From Candidatus Eiseniibacteriota bacterium (GTDB taxonomy: Bacteria; Eisenbacteria; RBG-16-71-46; JACRLI01), in NCBI GenBank assembly GCA_016235265.1, contig JACRLI010000004.1, forward strand, positions 171,485 to 235,484: a stretch of 64,000 bases of DNA, read 5' to 3'. The stretch's first letter is position 1. Every line of letters starts with the position of its first letter. Positions 44,710 to 53,682 of this stretch are shown piece after piece. Under the pieces are notes generated by a model. That model saw nothing but the letters and a program-made list of their open reading frames with translations, searched no databases and had not been told where the DNA came from. The position numbers were made by a program, and so were the translations under genes.

Positions 44710-45951
44710 CTACACCACCTCCATGTCGTACGGGAAATCGGTGAGGTTCTCGAACGTGCCGTCGTCGCGGGCCACCAGGACGTCCTCCAGGCGGATGCCC
44801 ATGCCACGCGAGGGGTAGTACAGCCCGGGCTCCACCGTGAACACCGTGCCGGGCAGGATCACGTCGGCGTTGGTCGGGGTGCTCGCGAAGCGCGGGCGCT
44901 CGTGCAGCTCCAGCCCCAGCCCGTGGCCCAGGGAGTGCACGTAACCTTCCTCCAGCTTGTCGTCCTGGCGCAGGGTGCGGTGGCCCTTCGACTCGAAGAA
45001 CTCGCACACGGCGTCCTGGTAGGAGCGCGCCATCACACCCGCAGCGAAGCTCTTCAGGGACAGCAGGTGCGCCTCCTTCACCGTCTCGAACAGCTCGCGC
45101 AGCTCCGGGCGGGCCTGGCCCACGCAGAAGGTCCGGGTCATGTCGAAGTGGTACCCGCCCCCGATCTGCTGCGGGTAGATATCCACCACGATCGGCTCCC
45201 CGGCGCGGATGGGCTGGGCGTCGTCGCCATGGTTGTGCGGCACGCCGGCGTCGCGGCCCTGCGCCACGATGGAGCCGTGCGGCTCCACCAGGCCGTGCTC
45301 GATGAACCCCACGCGCAGCAGCGTGCGCAGGTCGCCCAGCAGGGCCGGCGTTCCGTCGGGGCGGGCGAGGCCGTCGCGACCCGGCTTGAGGGACTTCAGG
45401 CAGGCGCGCAGGCGGCCCATCACCTTGCAGGTCACCTTTCCGAGCTCCCGGGTGGTGTCGATCTCGCTCTTGTCCTTGGTGTAGCGGATCTCGTCGGCCA
45501 GCGGGAGCTTGTCGTCGGCCACCACGGTGCAGCCAAACTCGCCTTCCAGCGTGCGTGCCAGCTCCACCGACTCGCCCGCCGGCGCGGAGCCGTACAGCGC
45601 CACGCGCCCGGACACGCCCATGGCCTTCAGCCGCTCCCCCACCATGCGCGCGGAGGCGTGCGCGTTGGAGCGCGAACTCTCCAGCAGCGCCCGGAAGTTG
45701 TTGGCCGCCGGCGTGGACATCTCCACCCCGACCTTCACCGCGTCGTCGCGCTCCATGGGGTTGTGGATCAGGTGCGCGCGGCCGCCCCGGCCCCCCAGGT
45801 ACCACGAGATGCCCAGGTTGGCGCCCTTCAGGAAGTACCACAGCGCGGGCGAGTGGACCGGGTTGCCGAACGCGACGAACCCGTCGAGTTCGCGCTCCTG
45901 CAGCAGGCGTTCGAGATCGTTGCGCATATCCCATCCCATCCGGGGGCGCAC
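44710..45951 (-). CDS. M24-family Xaa-Pro aminopeptidase
   Basis: A creatinase-like N-domain is followed by the M24 metal-ligand pattern (DIYPQ..GGYHFDMTRT, HSLGHGLGLELHE, TVEPG). Three closely spaced alternative starts lie between 45927 and 45951. Confidence 0.85.
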   Translation of the reverse strand: MRPRMGWDMRNDLERLLQERELDGFVAFGNPVHSPALWYFLKGANLGISWYLGGRGGRAHLIHNPMERDDAVKVGVEMSTPAANNFRALLESSRSNAHASARMVGERLKAMGVSGRVALYGSAPAGESVELARTLEGEFGCTVVADDKLPLADEIRYTKDKSEIDTTRELGKVTCKVMGRLRACLKSLKPGRDGLARPDGTPALLGDLRTLLRVGFIEHGLVEPHGSIVAQGRDAGVPHNHGDDAQPIRAGEPIVVDIYPQQIGGGYHFDMTRTFCVGQARPELRELFETVKEAHLLSLKSFAAGVMARSYQDAVCEFFESKGHRTLRQDDKLEEGYVHSLGHGLGLELHERPRFASTPTNADVILPGTVFTVEPGLYYPSRGMGIRLEDVLVARDDGTFENLTDFPYDMEVV

Positions 45952-45982
45952 GGCGCCCCGAGCCCTGACTGGAACCCCGGGT

Positions 45983-47173
45983 CTACTTGGCCCGGAACAT
46001 GACCTTTTCGTTGCTGAACAGCCGCACGGCGACCGCGATCGCCAGTGCGGCCAGCACCACCGAGGATACCACGGCGATCGCCAGGTGGGCGGACTTGGCC
46101 TCCCCCAGCAGGATCTCGCGCTGCGCCAGCGCGGTGCCCAGGATGGGGATGGCGAAACTCCGCGGCGTGGGGTCGGTCTGCTGCACCATGGAGCTCAGGC
46201 CGCCGAAGATCACCAGCATCTGCAGCCACACCGAGGTCATCTGGCCCTCGCGCGCGCTCTTGGCGAAGCAGCCCAGGGCCACCAGCAGCGCGGAGATGAG
46301 GACCGCCATGGGCAGCGCCACCAGCAGCACGCCCAGCAGCGCCGGCACCGACACGTTGATCGCGCCGTTCGCCTCACCGCGGCCGAACGAGAGCATGCCC
46401 ATCGCGAACGTGACCCCGATCCCCACGCAGCTGGCCAGCGTGGAGGTGAGTGCCACGGTGACCACCGCCAGCAGCTTGCCTACCACGATGTCGGTGCGGC
46501 CGGCGGAGCTGACCAGGATCGTCTCCAGCGTGCCGCGGTCCTTCTCGCCGGCGGTGGTGTCAATGGCCGTGGTGACCGCGCCGCTGACCACCGCGATGGC
46601 CAGGAAGTACGGCAGGAACAGCGCCAGCATGTAGCCGCTCTTCTTGGCGGGAGGCGCGGCGTCGCGCTTTTCCAGCTCCACGATGCGCGCCAGGTCCGCG
46701 GACACGCCGCGCGCCGTGAGCGCCCGGGCGGTGGCGCGCTGGCCGAAGCGGCGCGCCAACTGCTCGGCGAGCCCGCGCGCGTGGCGGCTGATCTCGCGGG
46801 TCTCGTCGGCGTACAGGGTGAGCTTCACCTGCCGGCCCTCCGCCAGCGCCGCCGCCGCGTCGGCCGGGACCACCACCGCGGCGTCCGCGCGGCGGGTGCG
46901 CACGTCGGCCTGCGGGTCGGTGGTTTCGACCAGGCGCGCCTTGGGCAGCGCCGCCAGCGAGTCGGACAACTCCGGCAGGGCCTTCATGTTCTGCACCGCC
47001 AGGGTCAGCGCCGTGTTGCGGACCGCCTTGTCCTCCTTCTCGGCCATCATGGCCATGCCGCCCATCAGCGCGGGGTACAGCACCAGCGGGAACACGATCA
47101 TGAAGAACAGCGTGCGCTGGTCGCGCAGCGCATCCCGCATCTCCTTCACCCACACCAGGCCGACGTTCTTCAC
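45983..47173 (-). CDS. ABC-2 type transporter permease (NatB-like)
   Basis: A GTG start after AAGGAGG overlaps the ATPase stop (GTGA). The 396-aa product has an N-terminal TM helix, a large loop and a C-terminal TM bundle. Confidence 0.8.
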   Translation of the reverse strand: MKNVGLVWVKEMRDALRDQRTLFFMIVFPLVLYPALMGGMAMMAEKEDKAVRNTALTLAVQNMKALPELSDSLAALPKARLVETTDPQADVRTRRADAAVVVPADAAAALAEGRQVKLTLYADETREISRHARGLAEQLARRFGQRATARALTARGVSADLARIVELEKRDAAPPAKKSGYMLALFLPYFLAIAVVSGAVTTAIDTTAGEKDRGTLETILVSSAGRTDIVVGKLLAVVTVALTSTLASCVGIGVTFAMGMLSFGRGEANGAINVSVPALLGVLLVALPMAVLISALLVALGCFAKSAREGQMTSVWLQMLVIFGGLSSMVQQTDPTPRSFAIPILGTALAQREILLGEAKSAHLAIAVVSSVVLAALAIAVAVRLFSNEKVMFRAK

Positions 47174-47907
47174 GCAACCTCCTTGACCAGCTTGAAGAAG
47201 ACTTCCTCGATGTCGTTCTCGCGGTAGGTCTCCTTGAGCTCGTCCAGCGTCCCGGCGGCCAGGATGGCGCCCTTGTCGATGATGGCGACGCGGTCGCACA
47301 GCTTGTCCACTTCCGACATGATGTGCGTGGACAGCAGTACGCAATGGCCGGCGGCCCGGGCGCGTTTCACGAACAGCACCACTTCGCGGGCGGCCATGAT
47401 GTCCAGGCCCACGGTGGGCTCGTCCAGGATCAGGATCGGCGGGTTGTGCACCACCACGCGGGCCAGGGAGATGCGCTGCTTCTGCCCGCCGGAGAGCTTC
47501 GCCACGCGGGTGTCCATGAACTCGGTCAGCGCGAACTCCCGTCCCAGCGCCTCGGCGCGCGCGCGGGCTTCGTCCTTCGACATGCCCTGCAGGCGGCCGT
47601 AGAACTCCAGCGACTCGCGCCCGGTCAGCCGGTCGTAGAGCTTGGTGTCGCTGGTGTGGAAGCCGATGCTGCGGCGCACCTCCGCGGGGCGCTGCAGCAG
47701 GTCGTGGCCGTTCAGGACTGCGGTGCCCTCGTCCGGCTGCAGGATGGTGGAGAGGATGCGCAGCGTGGTGGTCTTGCCCGCCCCGTTCCGGCCCAGCAGC
47801 CCGAACACCTGCCCGGCCTGGGCCTGGAAGGTCACCCGGTCCGCGCCACGGATCTCCCCGCGCTTCTTGTCGTGGAACTTCTTGGTGAGGCCTCGGACAT
47901 CGATCAA
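47170..47907 (-). CDS. ABC transporter ATP-binding protein
   Basis: Walker A is GRNGAGKTT, the signature is LSGGQKQR and Walker B is ILILDEP. I infer a TTG start 6 nt after GGAGG. The nearby ATG is out of frame. Confidence 0.9.
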   Translation of the reverse strand: MIDVRGLTKKFHDKKRGEIRGADRVTFQAQAGQVFGLLGRNGAGKTTTLRILSTILQPDEGTAVLNGHDLLQRPAEVRRSIGFHTSDTKLYDRLTGRESLEFYGRLQGMSKDEARARAEALGREFALTEFMDTRVAKLSGGQKQRISLARVVVHNPPILILDEPTVGLDIMAAREVVLFVKRARAAGHCVLLSTHIMSEVDKLCDRVAIIDKGAILAAGTLDELKETYRENDIEEVFFKLVKEVA

Positions 47908-48080
47908 GCATGACCTCCGGGTCGTTGTGGACACGCGCGCCGGGTGCGGCCCCGGGCGGGGGATGAACGCAGAGAGTAACCCGGCCGGGCCTTTCGGCCA
48001 ACAGGGGGTGTACGCGGGTGCGGGGGTGGCGGTTGCAGCCTGGCGCAGCGGGGCCGGGCGCGAATGCCCGTCCCGCGAAC

Positions 48081-49343
48081 CTAGAAGAAGTCCCGCATGC
48101 CCGGCAGGGGCACCCGGAATGCCCGGTCCAGCTCGGCCAGCACGTCGTCGCCGCGCTGCACGAACAGCTCCTCGCGCGCGGCCACGGACCAGGGCAGGTA
48201 GCCGAAGAAGCACTGGCTGAACAGGTCCACCGGCAGCGTGATGGAGGCGCGCAGCGAGGCCCCCCGCCGCAGCGGGGTCACCTTGGCGGGCGCGCCGCCC
48301 TCGGCACCCAGCGTCAGCACCGAGCGCACCGCCCCGCCGGGCACGCTGGGGTCCTTCACGGTGAACGCCGCCACCAGCGGCAGGCACGGGTGGTAGTGGC
48401 GCTGCGCCAGCGCGCGCTGCACGTCCAGCACGCGCGCCATGTAGCCGAACGCCAGCCGGCCGGCGACGCTGAAGCCGTACCAGGCTCCCATCTCGTTGCG
48501 CAGCGGCGCCTCCGGCTCCACCAGGCGCGCCGCGAAGTGCTCGTCGGGGGCGGCGAAGATGCGCACCATCCACACCTGGTCGCGCAGCGAGGACAGCAGC
48601 CCCAGGATGGCCTGCAGCGCGGTCTCGCCCTCGGCGGCGTAGTCGGTGACTTCCAGGCCCGGCCGGCCGTCGAAGTCGCGGTTCTCGCACACCGCGTAGC
48701 CGGCCAGCTCGCCGTCGTCCTCGCCCTCGCGGTGCACGCCGTAGACGCGGGTCTCCGCGGCCTTGAGCCGCTTCTGCCACATCTTGCGGGTGCGCTCCAG
48801 CCAGCAGTGGTTCTCCTTCATCAGGCGCGCGTAGCACTCGTGCACCCGCGGGTACTCCTCGCGGCGCAACACGCGCACGTGGCGGCGCGCCTCGTGCAGC
48901 GGCAGGGATGCCGGTGGCACCTCGAAGATGTGCCGCTCGCCCACCAGTCCGTAGCCATGGCCCCGGTAGAAGTCGTGGCGGAAGGGATAGAGCATCGCGA
49001 TCGAGTCGCCGCGCGCGCGCATCTGGCGCAGCGACTCGTTGAGCAACGCGGCGGCCACCCCCTCGCGCCGCGCGTCGGGCGAGACCGCCACCGCCGCGAT
49101 GCCGCCCACCTGGAAGCGCGCGCCCGCCAGCCACACGTGCAGCGGGATCATGGCCAGGGTGCCGGCGGGACGGCCGTCCAGTTCCAGGAACAGCCGGTCC
49201 TTGAGGTCCACCAGCGGGTGGTCCTTCAGCAGTTCCTCGCGCTTGGAGATGGGCAGGTTGGGCATGGGAAACGAGTCGTACGACAGCCGCGCCAGGGTGG
49301 GGACGTCCCGGGGTCCCGGGCGGCGGATTCGAATCCTGGGCAT
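48081..49343 (-). CDS. GNAT N-acetyltransferase, Eis-like (GNAT plus SCP2-like C-terminus)
   Basis: The acetyl-CoA motif is VAVSPDARREGVAAALL, and the roughly 420-aa length fits the Eis family architecture. The start is taken at MPRIRIRR. Confidence 0.7.
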   Translation of the reverse strand: MPRIRIRRPGPRDVPTLARLSYDSFPMPNLPISKREELLKDHPLVDLKDRLFLELDGRPAGTLAMIPLHVWLAGARFQVGGIAAVAVSPDARREGVAAALLNESLRQMRARGDSIAMLYPFRHDFYRGHGYGLVGERHIFEVPPASLPLHEARRHVRVLRREEYPRVHECYARLMKENHCWLERTRKMWQKRLKAAETRVYGVHREGEDDGELAGYAVCENRDFDGRPGLEVTDYAAEGETALQAILGLLSSLRDQVWMVRIFAAPDEHFAARLVEPEAPLRNEMGAWYGFSVAGRLAFGYMARVLDVQRALAQRHYHPCLPLVAAFTVKDPSVPGGAVRSVLTLGAEGGAPAKVTPLRRGASLRASITLPVDLFSQCFFGYLPWSVAAREELFVQRGDDVLAELDRAFRVPLPGMRDFF

Positions 49344-49565
49344 GGCGCCTCCGTGGGCCGGGCCGGCCCGCAAAGCGTTCCGGCGGGCGCGCTTGCGCGC
49401 CCGCCCGGTCGTTGACGGTATTCCGATGGCTGTGCCATTCTAGCTCAAGCTGCCGCGGGCAGCGAATCTTCGCGTGGAATGCGGGCATCTACCATGGCGA
49501 AGGGACGTGCCCCCGATTGGGTCCTCCCCCCCGCAGATGTGCCATCGAAAGGAGCAGGTGAAGTC

Positions 49566-49892
49566 ATGTCCAGTGTTGCCGCGGTCAGCGATACCACCTT
49601 CGAGCAGGAAGTCCTCAAGTCGGGCACCCCGGTGCTGGTGGACTTCTGGGCCGAGTGGTGTGGCCCGTGCCGGGCCCTCGGGCCCACCATCGACGAGATC
49701 GCGCGCGAGAAGGCCGGATCGCTGAAGGTGGTCAAGATGAACGTCGACGAGAACCCGTCGATCTCGGTGCAGTTCGCCATCCGCAGCATCCCGACCCTGC
49801 TGCTGTTCAAGGACGGCAAGGTGGTCGAGCAGCTGATCGGCAACATGCCCAAGCAGGCCCTGCTCTCGAAGCTCACGCCCCACCTGGGCTAG
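49566..49892 (+). CDS. trxA: thioredoxin
   Basis: The active site is DFWAEWCGPCR and the product is 108 aa. An AGGAG lies upstream of the ATG at 49566. Confidence 0.9.
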   Translation: MSSVAAVSDTTFEQEVLKSGTPVLVDFWAEWCGPCRALGPTIDEIAREKAGSLKVVKMNVDENPSISVQFAIRSIPTLLLFKDGKVVEQLIGNMPKQALLSKLTPHLG

Positions 49893-49946
49893 CGCGCCGC
49901 GCGGTCCCCGCCAGCGGAGCGCGGGCACTCCCGGGACATGGAATCC

Positions 49947-49995
49947 GCGAAGTAAGGAAGGCTGGGTCCGCGCGGACCCAGCCTTCATGCTTCGC
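49947..49995 (+). terminator. long GC-rich hairpin downstream of trxA
   Basis: A perfect 13-bp stem, GAAGGCTGGGTCC/GGACCCAGCCTTC (49957-49986, loop GCGC), is extended by an outer GCGAAG/CTTCGC stem. There is no U-tract. Confidence 0.45.
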
Positions 49996-50209
49996 ATCGT
50001 CCTTGTGCAGTCCCGTGTCGCGGCCTCGGGAGGCTCGTACGAGGGTGGCGGTGCGGCATCCTTGCCGCGCCCGCCACCAAGGGGCGCGTCCCGAACTGTT
50101 CCTCATGACCCATTCGAGACGACGTCCACACTCGTGTATCGAGCGAACGGAGTATTGCACCCGCGTAAACACACTCACAACGAATTTCTGTTCCGCCGCG
50201 CGAAAAAGT

Positions 50210-50237
50210 CGCGCGTCGCGCCCATGCGCGACGCGCG
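50210..50237. other. perfect 12-bp-stem hairpin (CGCGCGTCGCGC-ccat-GCGCGACGCGCG)
   Basis: I checked the pairing base by base. It lies 17 bp upstream of DnaA box 1. Confidence 0.7.
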
Positions 50238-50253
50238 CACTCCTCTTCCGAAG

Positions 50254-50262
50254 TTATCCACA
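50254..50262 (+). promoter_or_regulatory. perfect DnaA box TTATCCACA (1)
   Basis: This is an exact match to the canonical 9-mer. The extended shared context is AGTTATCCACA. Confidence 0.7.
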
Positions 50263-50361
50263 ACGGGATCGCACACTCCTCGAATGCTCCGCGCGGCACC
50301 GGCGGAAGCGGAAGCGCGCGCGTACCGGCGCGCACACGCGCGAGTTCCGGTGGGCGCCGAG

Positions 50362-50370
50362 TTATCCACA
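50362..50370 (+). promoter_or_regulatory. perfect DnaA box TTATCCACA (2)
   Basis: This is an exact match in the same orientation, 108 bp from box 1, with the same AGTTATCCACA context. Confidence 0.7.
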
Positions 50371-50435
50371 GCCCGGGCGCCGCGGGCCGCCACCATCGTG
50401 AACGGACTCCGCGGGAGAACTGGCTCGGGCTATGC

Positions 50436-51641
50436 TCAGCGCAGGATCTTCGCGGGCCTCGGGCACTCGGGCGCCAGCGCGCCGATCACCCCGCACGGCT
50501 CGCGGTCGGCGGGACCGCCGGGCCGCGGGTGAAAATTGCCGTTGAGGTAGTTGCAGAACCCGGGGTCTTCCTCGATCTGCTGGCCCGCGCCGGGGATTTC
50601 GCCCGGCGGCGAGGAGCCCGGGATCTCGGTGGGATTGGCGGCGTAGTAGAAATTCTCGGGTGTGTTGTGCCAGGCCAGGTTGCAGCGCAGATCCGGGTAG
50701 GCCGCGCGCCCGGCCACCAGGCCGCCGCCCTGGTTGGCGCTGATGTTCTCGGCGAGCAGGTTGCGCACCACCAGCGGGCGGCAGTTCAGGAAGAACAGCC
50801 CGCCGCCCCAGTGCTCCACCCGGTTGGCCACGATGGTGTTGCCGCGCACTTCCACGCGCGTGAGCGTGCCGATTTCCGCCCCGCCGCCCCACCCGGCGTC
50901 GTTGCGGTCCATGACGTTGGCCTCGAGCAGGCCCTGGGTGCGGAAGTCCAGGAACACCCCCCCGCCGTGGTAGTCGGCGTGGTTGCGCAGGAAGCGGTTG
51001 CCGCGGATGGTCACCAGCGAGCAGGCGCGGGCGTAGAGGCCGCCGCCGTTGCTGGCGGAATTCCCCTCGAAGGTGTTGCCCTCCAGCACCGCGGGCGACT
51101 CGAACAGCGCCACCGCCCCGCCCACCCCCTTGCCGATCTCCAGCACGTTGTCCACGAAGATGTTGTCCCGCACCCGCACCGCCGCCCGGAAGGCCAGCAG
51201 CCCGCCACCGCCCTCGCGCGGCGTGTCCGGCAGGTACGTGCCCCGGCCGCGGGTGACGGTGAATCCCTCCACGCGGGTGAGGCTGTCGGCGTCGCGGACC
51301 AGGATCACGGAGCCGCGGTAGTCGCCCAGGATCCGGGTGGACAGGGCGCCGTCGCGGCTGCGCAAGGTGACGCCCGAAGGCAGGACCAGCCGTTCCTCGT
51401 AGTCACCCGGCAGGACCAGCACGGTGTCGCCGGGCTGCACCCGGTCCAGCGCCCTCTGGATGGACCGGCTGCCGGCCACCGGGGCCACCTCGACCGTGGC
51501 CGCCGGCGCCGGGGACGGGACCGGCCACGCACCCGTGACCAGCGCGCTCAGCGCGCCGGCGAAGATCGCGGCACGGAAACGGATGCACGGGCGGGTATTG
51601 GGCGCGGCCGGAGGGGTGGTCGGACGGTGGCGGTACGACAT
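50436..51641 (-). CDS. right-handed parallel beta-helix repeat protein (pectate-lyase/NosD-like fold), secreted
   Basis: A signal-like N-terminus is followed by repeated G-x-N-x-h-x-x-N turns (e.g. RDNIFVDN, EGNTFEGN, RGNRFLRN, RGNTIVAN). Confidence 0.75.
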   Translation of the reverse strand: MSYRHRPTTPPAAPNTRPCIRFRAAIFAGALSALVTGAWPVPSPAPAATVEVAPVAGSRSIQRALDRVQPGDTVLVLPGDYEERLVLPSGVTLRSRDGALSTRILGDYRGSVILVRDADSLTRVEGFTVTRGRGTYLPDTPREGGGGLLAFRAAVRVRDNIFVDNVLEIGKGVGGAVALFESPAVLEGNTFEGNSASNGGGLYARACSLVTIRGNRFLRNHADYHGGGVFLDFRTQGLLEANVMDRNDAGWGGGAEIGTLTRVEVRGNTIVANRVEHWGGGLFFLNCRPLVVRNLLAENISANQGGGLVAGRAAYPDLRCNLAWHNTPENFYYAANPTEIPGSSPPGEIPGAGQQIEEDPGFCNYLNGNFHPRPGGPADREPCGVIGALAPECPRPAKILR

Positions 51642-51769
51642 GGTGGGATACTAGCACGCCCGGGGAGTGGACTCGTAGGGTTGGGCTCAAACCTCTCCCG
51701 GGGCGCGGGCGTCCCGGGAGAGATCTCCGGGGACGCCCCTCACCCCAGGGCCGCCCTGCAGCTGCGGGC

Positions 51770-52729
51770 CTATCCGCGGAGCCAGGTGAAGCGCCGGGTG
51801 ATGCGGGTGCCCTGGGCCTCCAGGCGATAGAAGTACGTTCCGGAGGCGGCCCGGACGCCGCTGGCGCCGCGGCCGTCCCAGGAGACGGTGTGGCGACCGG
51901 CGTCCTGTGGGCCGTCCACCAGCACCCGGACCAGCTGGCCCGAGGCGTCGAGCAGTGCCATGCGCACCGTCCCCCGTGCCGCCAGCTCGTAGGCCAGTTG
52001 CACCCGCCCACGCGCCGGGTTGGGCCGGGCGAACAGCAGCCGGGTCGCGATCGCACCGCCGCCTTCCACCCCCACGGCCGCGCCGACCGTCACCGTGCCG
52101 ACCATGCTGAACGAGTGGACGGCGCAGAAGTACTGCTGCGCCCCGCCGACCATCATGGGGATCGCGGCGCTGGCATTGTGGCCCAGGAAACCGGTGTCCC
52201 ACGTGCCGTTCTCGATCCCGCCGCTGCCGCTGGTGCTGGTGTGGGTGAACGTCCCGCTGTTGAACCACACCACCGTGTCCCCCAGCGTGACGTTCAGGGT
52301 GGCCGGATTGAACGAGAAGTCCTTGATCGTGACCACTGCGCGCGTGACGCGGATGATGCCCCGCGTGGCGGGGTTGAGCGAATCGAAGTAGCGGAACGGG
52401 CCCATCAGCGTGAAGGCGCGCTGGTAGGTCGCGGCGGGGGCCAGCGTGGGCGAGGCGAACTTGCCGTCGGGAGTGGGTGAGATGCCACTGGTGACATTGT
52501 GGCTCGAGGCCGACTGGTTCACCCAGCGGATGGTGTCCCCCAGGGTGGCGAAGACCGTCGAAGGTGAGTACTCGAATCCGCCGCCCACGTCCACGATGTT
52601 GACCACCCGCACCGTGGCGCGGGCCGGCGTGGCGAGCGGCAGGGCGGCGGCGAGGAGCAGCAGGGCCAGCGCCGCGCGGCGGCCGGCGGACGGGGTGGCG
52701 GGAGTCGTCGCGGTGACAATGCGCTGCAT
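51770..52729 (-). CDS. tandem cupredoxin-domain protein with C-terminal FlgD-Ig/T9SS-like sorting domain
   Basis: I set the start at M53 (MQRIVTATT..., signal peptide). The second domain has type-1 copper ligands (FTHTSTSG...YFCAVHSFSM). The C-terminus reads SGTYFYRLEAQGTRITRRFTWLR. Confidence 0.75.
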   Translation of the reverse strand: MQRIVTATTPATPSAGRRAALALLLLAAALPLATPARATVRVVNIVDVGGGFEYSPSTVFATLGDTIRWVNQSASSHNVTSGISPTPDGKFASPTLAPAATYQRAFTLMGPFRYFDSLNPATRGIIRVTRAVVTIKDFSFNPATLNVTLGDTVVWFNSGTFTHTSTSGSGGIENGTWDTGFLGHNASAAIPMMVGGAQQYFCAVHSFSMVGTVTVGAAVGVEGGGAIATRLLFARPNPARGRVQLAYELAARGTVRMALLDASGQLVRVLVDGPQDAGRHTVSWDGRGASGVRAASGTYFYRLEAQGTRITRRFTWLRG

Positions 52730-53022
52730 GGCTGGGCACCTCCGCTGTGGTTCGCGGGCATCGGACCAGCGAAACGACGGACTGGGAGGGAGCCGTCGGC
52801 GCACCTGGGCGAGGCCGGACTTCGGGACGGTTTCCGACGGCGCGGGCCTGGGGGCGCGACGCGGGCGGATCTTCGCCGGGTCCATCGCGGACGGGTCGGT
52901 GCCGGGACGGCAGGGAGGCGAAGCAGCGGCTACTGTTTGGATGCGGACGGAGGCGGGTCGGTGCCTATCGGGAACCGGATCTCACGCAGGTGACCCGGGC
53001 CCCGGCAGCCACCGCACGGTGG

Positions 53023-53589
53023 CTAGAACCGGCGCTCGGCGCGGCCCAGCAGCATGGTGGGCGAGACGATCCCGCCGGAGAGCACCAGCTTGAGCCCCTC
53101 TTCCACCGAGATGTCGAGCGGGTGCACCTGGTCCACGGGCAGCAGGATGAACATGCCCGAAGTGGGGTTGGGGGGATGCGGGATATAGACGTTCACCAGG
53201 GGATCCACTTCGCCGTCCGGCCGGCGATAGTCAATGCGATTGGTGACGAAACCGACCGAGTACATCCCCAGCCGCGGGTACTCCACCAGCAGCACCTCGC
53301 GGAAGATGATGGACTTGTTGGCCCCCGAGAATGCCTCCATGAGCTGCTTGGCCGCGTGGTAGATGGTCTTCACCACGGGGATGGACAGCAGCAGGCTCTC
53401 CACGCCGCGCAGCAGGAACTTGCCCACCAGGTTCCGCGCCAGCAGGCCCAGCAGGAAGATGGCGACGATGGCCGAGATGAAGCCCAGCCCGTAGATCAGG
53501 GCCACGCCCTGCAGGAAGATGTTGCGGATGCCGCCCCAGAAGCCGGGGTGCTTCTCCTCGTCGGAGAGCTTCTTCTCGATGTCGCTCAC
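53023..53589 (-). CDS. DUF502 family membrane protein
   Basis: It has two TM helices followed by IPVVKTIYHAAKQL...REVLLVEYPRLGMYSVGFVT...PNPTSGMFILLP, which is the DUF502 pattern. Confidence 0.85.
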   Translation of the reverse strand: MSDIEKKLSDEEKHPGFWGGIRNIFLQGVALIYGLGFISAIVAIFLLGLLARNLVGKFLLRGVESLLLSIPVVKTIYHAAKQLMEAFSGANKSIIFREVLLVEYPRLGMYSVGFVTNRIDYRRPDGEVDPLVNVYIPHPPNPTSGMFILLPVDQVHPLDISVEEGLKLVLSGGIVSPTMLLGRAERRF

Positions 53590-53682
53590 GCGCGGAGCTT
53601 ACAGAGGGCCGGGCGCGTTGTCCAGAAGCGTTGAGGCACGGGCGCGGGCCGGTGGGACCGCGGGCACGCTGGGGGCGCGCGG

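Noticed and set aside
47905-47915. The ATG right after GGAGG as the start of the ABC ATPase.
   Set aside because: That ATG is in the frame of the overprinted artefact ORF (MLDRCPRPHQ...), not the Walker-motif frame. The in-frame TTG, 6 nt after the SD, is the likely start.
49321-49343. A tRNA T-arm-like GGATTCGAATCC.
   Set aside because: It lies inside the GNAT coding region, where it encodes IRIRR. It is a simple palindrome with no acceptor, D or anticodon arms around it.
52985-53022. The palindrome GCCACCGTGCGGTGGC after the DUF502 stop as a notable element.
   Set aside because: It is a short 6-7-bp stem with no U-tract. It is probably an ordinary weak terminator-like hairpin and not distinctive enough to be a finding.
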